The notes below the pieces were generated by a model that saw only the letters and a program-made list of their open reading frames with translations, ran no database searches and had not been told where the DNA came from. Positions 56,660 through 64,000 of a stretch of DNA of 64,000 nucleotides are shown piece by piece. Made by a program: the position numbers and the translations under genes. The stretch's first letter is position 1. Each line of letters opens with the position of its first letter. The stretch is from Eledone cirrhosa (lineage: Eukaryota), in NCBI GenBank assembly GCA_964016885.1, contig OZ024742.1:114638001-114702000 (forward strand). Reading direction: 5' to 3'.

Positions 56660-57113
56660 GGAAATGCAATTTTGTTTCATTTTTTCCGTTTATCGTTTTC
56701 GGTGCACCCACCCGATTAACCCACTCGATATGCAAATTGCGCTACTCAGCCGTTAATATACATATACATAAGGTAAGTATATACGTTCAACAATCTGGCA
56801 GGAAGGTAGACGTTGCTGACGATAGCTAATAAGCTTGAAACTAGTATAGCGTTCCTTTGTCAGTGTTGAACAAACGAGCAACGACGGTTGCTGGACACTA
56901 CGGCTTAATACGGGATGTTTATTTACAAACACACCGAGCATTATAATAAATGTTTGGTCAATCCATACGTACATATAAATATGTGTGCATGTATGTATAT
57001 ATATATACATACTACTGTACGTCTGTTAACATAGGTGTATGTACGTGTACATACTTATATTTAAGCAACAGCCGTACTAAGAGTGGGAAATGCAATTTCG
57101 TTTCATTTTTTCC

Positions 57114-57117
<4 letters not shown>
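56660..57117 (+). mobile_element. Terminally redundant monomer of the 443-bp HHR repeat
   Basis: ggaaatgcaattt.gtttcattttttccgttta at both ends; HHR 56810-56852: acgttg CTGACGA t agct-aata-agct t GAAA ctag TA tagcgt. Confidence 0.85.
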
Positions 57118-57162
<45 letters not shown>

Positions 57163-57413
57163 ATACATGGGTAGGATCATATTGGTGTCATAATATTGCT
57201 AGAAATAATAACAGAACACACTCAGTGTATCATTTATAGGTCTACAGTTAATTCATTCGGTCCTCAATGTTTACTATTGACTGACCAACGCTCAAAAATA
57301 CAGGTAAATATATATATAAACACATATCTAACAAATTTCTTTCGCTGAACATATGCAAGCTCATCAGTGGCACTATTATGTTGTTCCTGTTGTATTGTAT
57401 GTCTACTATACAT

Positions 57414-57454
<41 letters not shown>

Positions 57455-57487
57455 TATATAGAGAGTGAGTGAGAGAGAGAGAGAGTG

Positions 57488-57570
<83 letters not shown>

Positions 57571-57571
57571 T

Positions 57572-57626
<55 letters not shown>

Positions 57627-57717
57627 ATTAGCTTATATATAAGATGTTGCCTTTCCATGTGCTTTTCGGACTAGCAAAGAAACATGATATATACAATTGC
57701 AATTATTATTTTGTATG

Positions 57718-57781
<64 letters not shown>

Positions 57782-57872
57782 ACATTATGAATATAGAGAA
57801 CACATTACAGTAATTAGTCGGTTTCTCAATCATTGCTCTCATATTTTCTTTAATGCAATGAATATAAATAAT

Positions 57873-58058
57873 TGTTTCTACTTTAGGCACAAGGCCAGCA
57901 ATTACCCAGTGCATTACTGGTACTTTATTTTATCGACCCCGTAAGGATGAAAGGCAAAGTCAACCTCGGCGGGATTTGAACTCAGATCGTAAAGGGACGT
58001 AACTATGCTGGAAAGCATGGCGTCCGACCCTCTACCGATACTGCCAATCCACCACCCT
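57873..58058 (-). mobile_element. SINE with a probable target-site duplication atgaatataaataat
   Basis: Full copy; atgaatataaataat at ~57858 and ~58061. Confidence 0.9.
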
Positions 58059-58752
58059 TTATGAATATAAATAATGTCGATATGAAGTTAGGAATTCAGT
58101 TAAAATGAATAGAGGATTTATTTCTCGTTTAGAATGTAGTTATATGCATACACTTAGTCACAGATACTCATACATAGAGTTAGTCACAATTACTCAGACA
58201 CAGACGCAAATAGACCACCGACACGGCACATGTATATATAAATATATATATCTATATATAGTTATGTAATAAACACCATAAGGCAATTATTTCATTTACC
58301 AGTGGTTTCTTAAAAGCCCAAAAATTATACTTAGAATGATCAGAATGAAAAGAAATCCCGGTGTATTTATTGGCGTTGAATTATAAAAACAAAAATATAA
58401 TCTATATGAAAGTGAGGCTGGAAAAGAAGAAGGATATAAAAAATAAAAATAAAAACACACATGCAAACACACACAATTATATGCATACATATATATATAT
58501 GCATACACACATACATACACACACACACACACGTACACGTACACACACACACATATATATGTGTATATATATACATACACATACATATACACATACATAC
58601 AACCACATAAATATCAACATATCCATACATACACATACATACAAATACACAAACGTGCATACACACACACACACACATATACATGCATATATATATATAT
58701 ATACATAAACATATATATATATATATATATATACATACGTACACACACATAC

Positions 58753-58814
<62 letters not shown>

Positions 58815-59257
58815 ATATACATACATATATACATACACATACATACATACATACACACAAGTATACGTATATACACACGTACATACATACACATACACAC
58901 ATATATACACGCATACATACGCATACACAAACATAGAAATATATACACACACCTACATACTCACACACACAAATAAATATAAGGAAAAAATATATATAAT
59001 AATTAAAAAATAAAAATGAATATAAAGATTATTATAGTGTTGACAGCGACACAGGCAACAAATAAATGAACAAACACGTGGTAAGCAATAGACACAAATG
59101 CACGTACAATTACATACGTAAAAATAAATACATACACACACTCTCACACATACATATACAAATACATAAACACATATATACGCATACACAAATACACACT
59201 CACACACATACACACATACATATACATATATACACACACACATACACCCATATACAT

Positions 59258-59307
<50 letters not shown>

Positions 59308-59449
59308 ACATACATATACATACATACATACACATACATATACATACATATCACAAGAACATACATACAAATACAAACACAAACATATATATGTGTGTTA
59401 AACTCAATCTTAGATAATTCATATGAACCTTATTTAACTCTAAAGTATA

Positions 59450-59489
<40 letters not shown>

Positions 59490-59492
59490 TAC

Positions 59493-59564
<72 letters not shown>

Positions 59565-59964
59565 ACACGCACATATACATACACATACGTATGCATACAT
59601 ACATACACACACGCACACACATATAATTATACATATATATATATATATATAAGAAAGAACATAAATATTATATATATAAAAACCTAAATATTGTATATAT
59701 AAAAATAAAAATAAAAATGAAAATAAAAAGTTGGGAATACGACAAATAATAAATAAAAAAATGTATTTAGAAAAGGGTATAAATGCTTATAACAGATCTA
59801 GAGCACTCAACAAGTCCCTGGAGCAAAAGATCAATGAAAATAAGCATTAAATCACTATATGTAATTATGCATATACACACACACACACACACATACACAC
59901 ACACACACACAAACACAACCACAGAAATACACACACACATACATATACGTATATATATATATAT

Positions 59965-60094
59965 ATAATGGAAAAATTTGAACAGGGACAAAACAGAGAG
60001 GCAGTACAACGAATGTTTATGAATTTCACGCTCTGGAGAGTGGGGTGTTGGTGGGGGACGTCGTTTCGGGCAGAAGCACTTCCTCAGGTGAGAA

Positions 60095-60098
<4 letters not shown>
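59965..60098 (-). mobile_element. Solo pLTR end of the Neptune-like family with HHR core
   Basis: Minus strand CTGAGGA agtgcttctgccc GAAA cgacgTC; matches 26125-26250. Confidence 0.8.
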
Positions 60099-60151
<53 letters not shown>

Positions 60152-60367
60152 TAGGAAAAAGTATGACCCCACGGCAGAGCTCAAGCCGTTTCTGAGGCAA
60201 TTATATATATACACACAAAACCATTATATATGTATATATACACACATATATACATATATACACATATATATATATAAATATACACCCAAGCACACATACA
60301 ACAGAGGTATATAATATACAATTACATATACATATACATACAGATAGATATAAACATACATACACAC

Positions 60368-60400
<33 letters not shown>

Positions 60401-60425
60401 CACACATATACATACACATATATAT

Positions 60426-60511
<86 letters not shown>

Positions 60512-60514
<3 letters not shown>

Positions 60515-61900
60515 TTAAAATAACAGAATAACGTTTAAGCAAAGATCGCTGCTTTCACCCTTAACGGGATCTTCTGAAACTAACAAAGTCAATCTGTAAA
60601 CGCAGAAGTGGATATTTCAAAAAAACGTTGCAACCGGAGGAAGACAGGAAGACGATACTTTGGTTCGTGGTAACGTTCGCTGGCAAAGAAGTAGAAAAAA
60701 CGAATAATACGTCATTAATAGGAGCGGCGAAAAACAATTACGCGCAAAGACAAAACCACGTTTATGGTATAAAAGAGGTCGTAGACTAATGTTCACTTAG
60801 GTGGTGCATAGAGACGTTCTCTGGCAATGAACGAAAAAACGAAGATAATAAGTCATATGTGGAGCGTGGAGAACAATAGCACGAAAAGACAAAACCAAGT
60901 AAATGGTATAGCAGAAATCGTAGACTAAAATTCTAACTAGGACACCAAATGAATCTCCGCTACAGAGTTAAGAACAAAGTAAATAAATACAATACAGAAG
61001 TAATAGAAACAAATAAATACATACACGCAAACAGATACGTACATACACAAGCATACGCAAAACCTTACCATGGGTATACAAAACCACGCACATATAAATA
61101 TGTGTGTGTGTGTATGCTTGTGTACAAATAAATCAATAATTATATAAACGTATATAAGTAAATAAATACGTATATAACAAGCGCACACGCATACCTACAT
61201 ATAAATACACGAATGTTCGGAGACGTAAGTCAACTAAAACAAGAAGTACACATATACACACACCCAGCATACGTACGAACCTGCACACTCACGCGGACGC
61301 AAAACTCCCGTATACACATAGCCAAACCCTAAATACCAGAATATGTGAAAATTATACGCTATAACAGTCAAATATACGTACGAGAAGGTATACATACCTT
61401 CACAAAACATACGGGTAATATATACTTACCTATGCAAATAAGTAAAGGAATAAACAAAACATATACTTAGCTCCCACATCAAGACGTAAAATATCCACGT
61501 ATAGATCGTGCTATCCGTTAGGGTATAACGTGGGGCTGTAATACAGGAAAGGTTTCTGCAATTTATGTTTACAAGCCGAAATTGCCTCAGATTTTTTTGT
61601 TTAAGATGTGGTCTGTAGCGTAGAGTATTTCCAGGGCCTCAGCGGCGCAGAGGTCACATGGTCTTTTATTTCCGTTATACGATCTAGCCCAAGCTCGGAT
61701 CTCCCAGTGTAACTTATATTGGGTGTAATGGTCTTTTAGACTCCAGATATAAGCTGAAATTGACATCATTTTCCTTCTTAGAGGGTAACGAAAAGAATGG
61801 GTATGCATGTAAAGACGCTGCTTGAAACTATTGGCGGTTAACTCTATGTAGGCCCTACGGGACGCGGGTGTTACAACCTTACATTTGTAGACAATGTTAC
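60512..61900 (-). mobile_element. Inverted 3' portion (GIY-YIG plus pLTR) of the adjacent PLE
   Basis: 61560-61900 minus: NIVYKCKV..YIELTANSFKQR..H..SF, CDLC; 60515-60900 is inverted relative to 61910-62275. Confidence 0.85.
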
Positions 61901-64000
61901 TAGGTTTACGTGGTTTTGTCTTTGCGTGCTATTGTTCTCCACGCTCCACATATGACTTATTATTTTCGTTTTTTCGTTCATTGCCAGAGAACGTCTCTAT
62001 GCACCACATTAGAGAACATTAGTCTACGACCTCTTTTATACCATAAACGTGGTTTTGTCTTTGCGCGTAATTGTTTTTCGCCGCTCCTATTAATGACGTA
62101 TTATTCGTGTTTTCCCGTTCTTTGCCAGCGAACGTTACCACGAACCAAAGTATCGTCTTCCTGTCTTCCTCCGGTTGCAACGTTTTTTGAAATATCCACT
62201 TCTGCGTTTACAGATTGACTTTGTTAGTCTCAGAAGATCCCGTTAAGTGTGAAATCAGGGATTCTTTGCTTAAACTATACTCTGTTATTTTAATAAATAT
62301 TTGCTCTACGGTTCTTACATATTTGATATATATTTTCCTTATCGAGCCCTCTTTGGATTTTAGTCTTCAATTTTATTATTATTACTATTTGCTCCTTCGG
62401 TTGAGCACTCTACTGACTTATATTCATCATGCATAAACAACATCTGAATATTTCTACAAAGAACATACCCGTACCAAGCAGGAAAACATACCTAAAACTC
62501 CTGATACAGAAAACAGACGCGTTCATTAAAAGGTTGCGTTGGCGTGCCTTTTATTTTGATAATCCGCGAAAAGCAGACAACAAACAGGATAAATTTGGAT
62601 CTAAAACTTATAATAACCCTCCGTGAAACCCAGCATTGATACCCTTCGAAAATGATGTCCTGGAACTCATTCGGAATATCAAATTTCGGAATAGGAGCAA
62701 TTCCTTCCAGCAAGACCTGAAGAATAGAATTCGTTCTATTAAGGATTCTAACGCCGTGCACGTCCATTCCGACAAAACTGGCAACCTATATCAAGTAGAG
62801 CGCAGTACTTACCATCAACTACTACATAATGCTGTAACTAAGGATTACCGTAATCAAATCGGTGCGTCATCAATGAAATCAACGATGCTGGGTTTAAAAT
62901 CACATCTGATCTCAACATCCTGGACCGGACCGAACCTCTGGACCCTATCTCTCCCCACTTTACCCTGAAGGATCACAAATCCAATTTTCCGAACAACCCC
63001 TCTATTCGGCTTATTAACCCTACGAAGTCCGATTTAGGTAGACTTAGTAAAACGATTCTTGATAGAATTATACCTGAAATTAGAAGTTTGGCCCCTCTCG
63101 CACTGTGGAACAATTCTTTCGCGGTGATTGATTGTTTCAACGGCATATGTAACAAGGAACATTGCCGTTTTATCCAATTCGACATCAACAATTACTACTC
63201 CTCCATCACTTTACCACTTCTCCTTAGAGCTATCAATTTCGGTAAAACACTCACAGTGGTTAAGAATTTTGAAGTTGATGTCATCCTTAATGCCCGAAAG
63301 TCGGTGATTAATTTCGACGACTCTATTTGGATTAAACAATCCAATAGTACCCCATTCGACGTGAGTACGGGCGCCAGTGACTCTGCGGAGGTTACTGATC
63401 TTATTGGCCTTTTCCTTCTTTTCTCTATCAAGGACGAATTCCCAAACGCGGGCGGTGGTTTGTACCGTGACGATGGTCTTTGACCATGACTAAGTGCGGA
63501 CCTCGTGCTTGCGACAGGTTCAGAAAAGAACTCACAGCATTCTTTAAAGGCTTCAACCTCTCTATACAGGTTGAGGCCAATCTCTCGGTCGTTAATTACC
63601 TCGACGTTACCCTCAATTTATTGAATGGGTTGTATTACCCGTATAGAAAGCCGAATGATACGCTTAATTACATAAGTAAGCATTCCAACCATCCTGCCAG
63701 CATAACCAAGAACCTGGTAAGAAACGTTTCGTTGAGGCTTTCCCGTCTTTCCACCCACGAGCGCATTTTCAACGACCATTCCACTTATTACAATGAAGCG
63801 CTTGCTCGAAGTGGATTTGTCGATAAGGTAGCATATACAGAGTACGAAAATAGACCTAGAAGAAATAGATCCCGTCGCATTTGTTGGTTTAACCCACCAT
63901 ATAATATGGAGGTGGCCACACCATTAGCTAAGATCTTTATTTCCCTTATTACGAAGCATTTTCCCCCTACACATAAATATAGTAAAATTTTTAATAGAAA
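61901..64000 (+). mobile_element. Naiad-like PLE with 5' pLTR and ORF start, continuing past the window end
   Basis: pLTR 61901-62400 followed by the RT ORF. Confidence 0.9.
62429..64000 (+). CDS. PLE reverse transcriptase (in-frame TGA 62624-62626; 1-nt frameshifts near 62853 and 63480)
   Basis: STKNIPVP, RLRWRA, SDKTGN, TLKDHK.NF, RLINP.KS, FIQFDI..YY, FDV..G..D.AE, GGLYRDDGL, NYLDVTLNL, YRKPN, SNHP, WFNPPY. Confidence 0.88.

Noticed and set aside
63481-63483. TGA after GLYRDDGL as possible selenocysteine
   Set aside because: Homology continues in another frame (LTMTKCGPR..), so it results from a 1-nt frameshift

Overview
AT-rich, microsatellite-laden eukaryotic (animal) non-genic DNA. 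The tRNA-derived SINE resembles one I recall from octopod genomes, so the host is probably a cephalopod (inference). I find no convincing host gene; most listed ORFs are translations of (TA)n/(CA)n/(GA)n. The window is dominated by Penelope-like retroelements (PLEs; RT plus C-terminal GIY-YIG) of at least two types: GLYRDD/DKT-type (Naiad-like) and a GC-rich DKG/YIDD/Zn-knuckle type (Neptune-like). It also holds RTE and R4/Dong-like LINE remnants and about 9 SINE copies. Two patterns stand out. (1) More than 20 type I hammerhead ribozyme (HHR) motifs from about 10 unrelated families, most with a tiny palindromic stem III; several lie in non-coding, terminally redundant or tandem monomers of about 321, 443, 632 and 1310 bp that look like retrozymes or non-autonomous PLE partners. 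(2) Most PLE and HHR-repeat insertions are head-to-head inverted pairs with both 3' ends pointing outward, usually into (TA)n. Coordinates were read by eye and edges are approximate.
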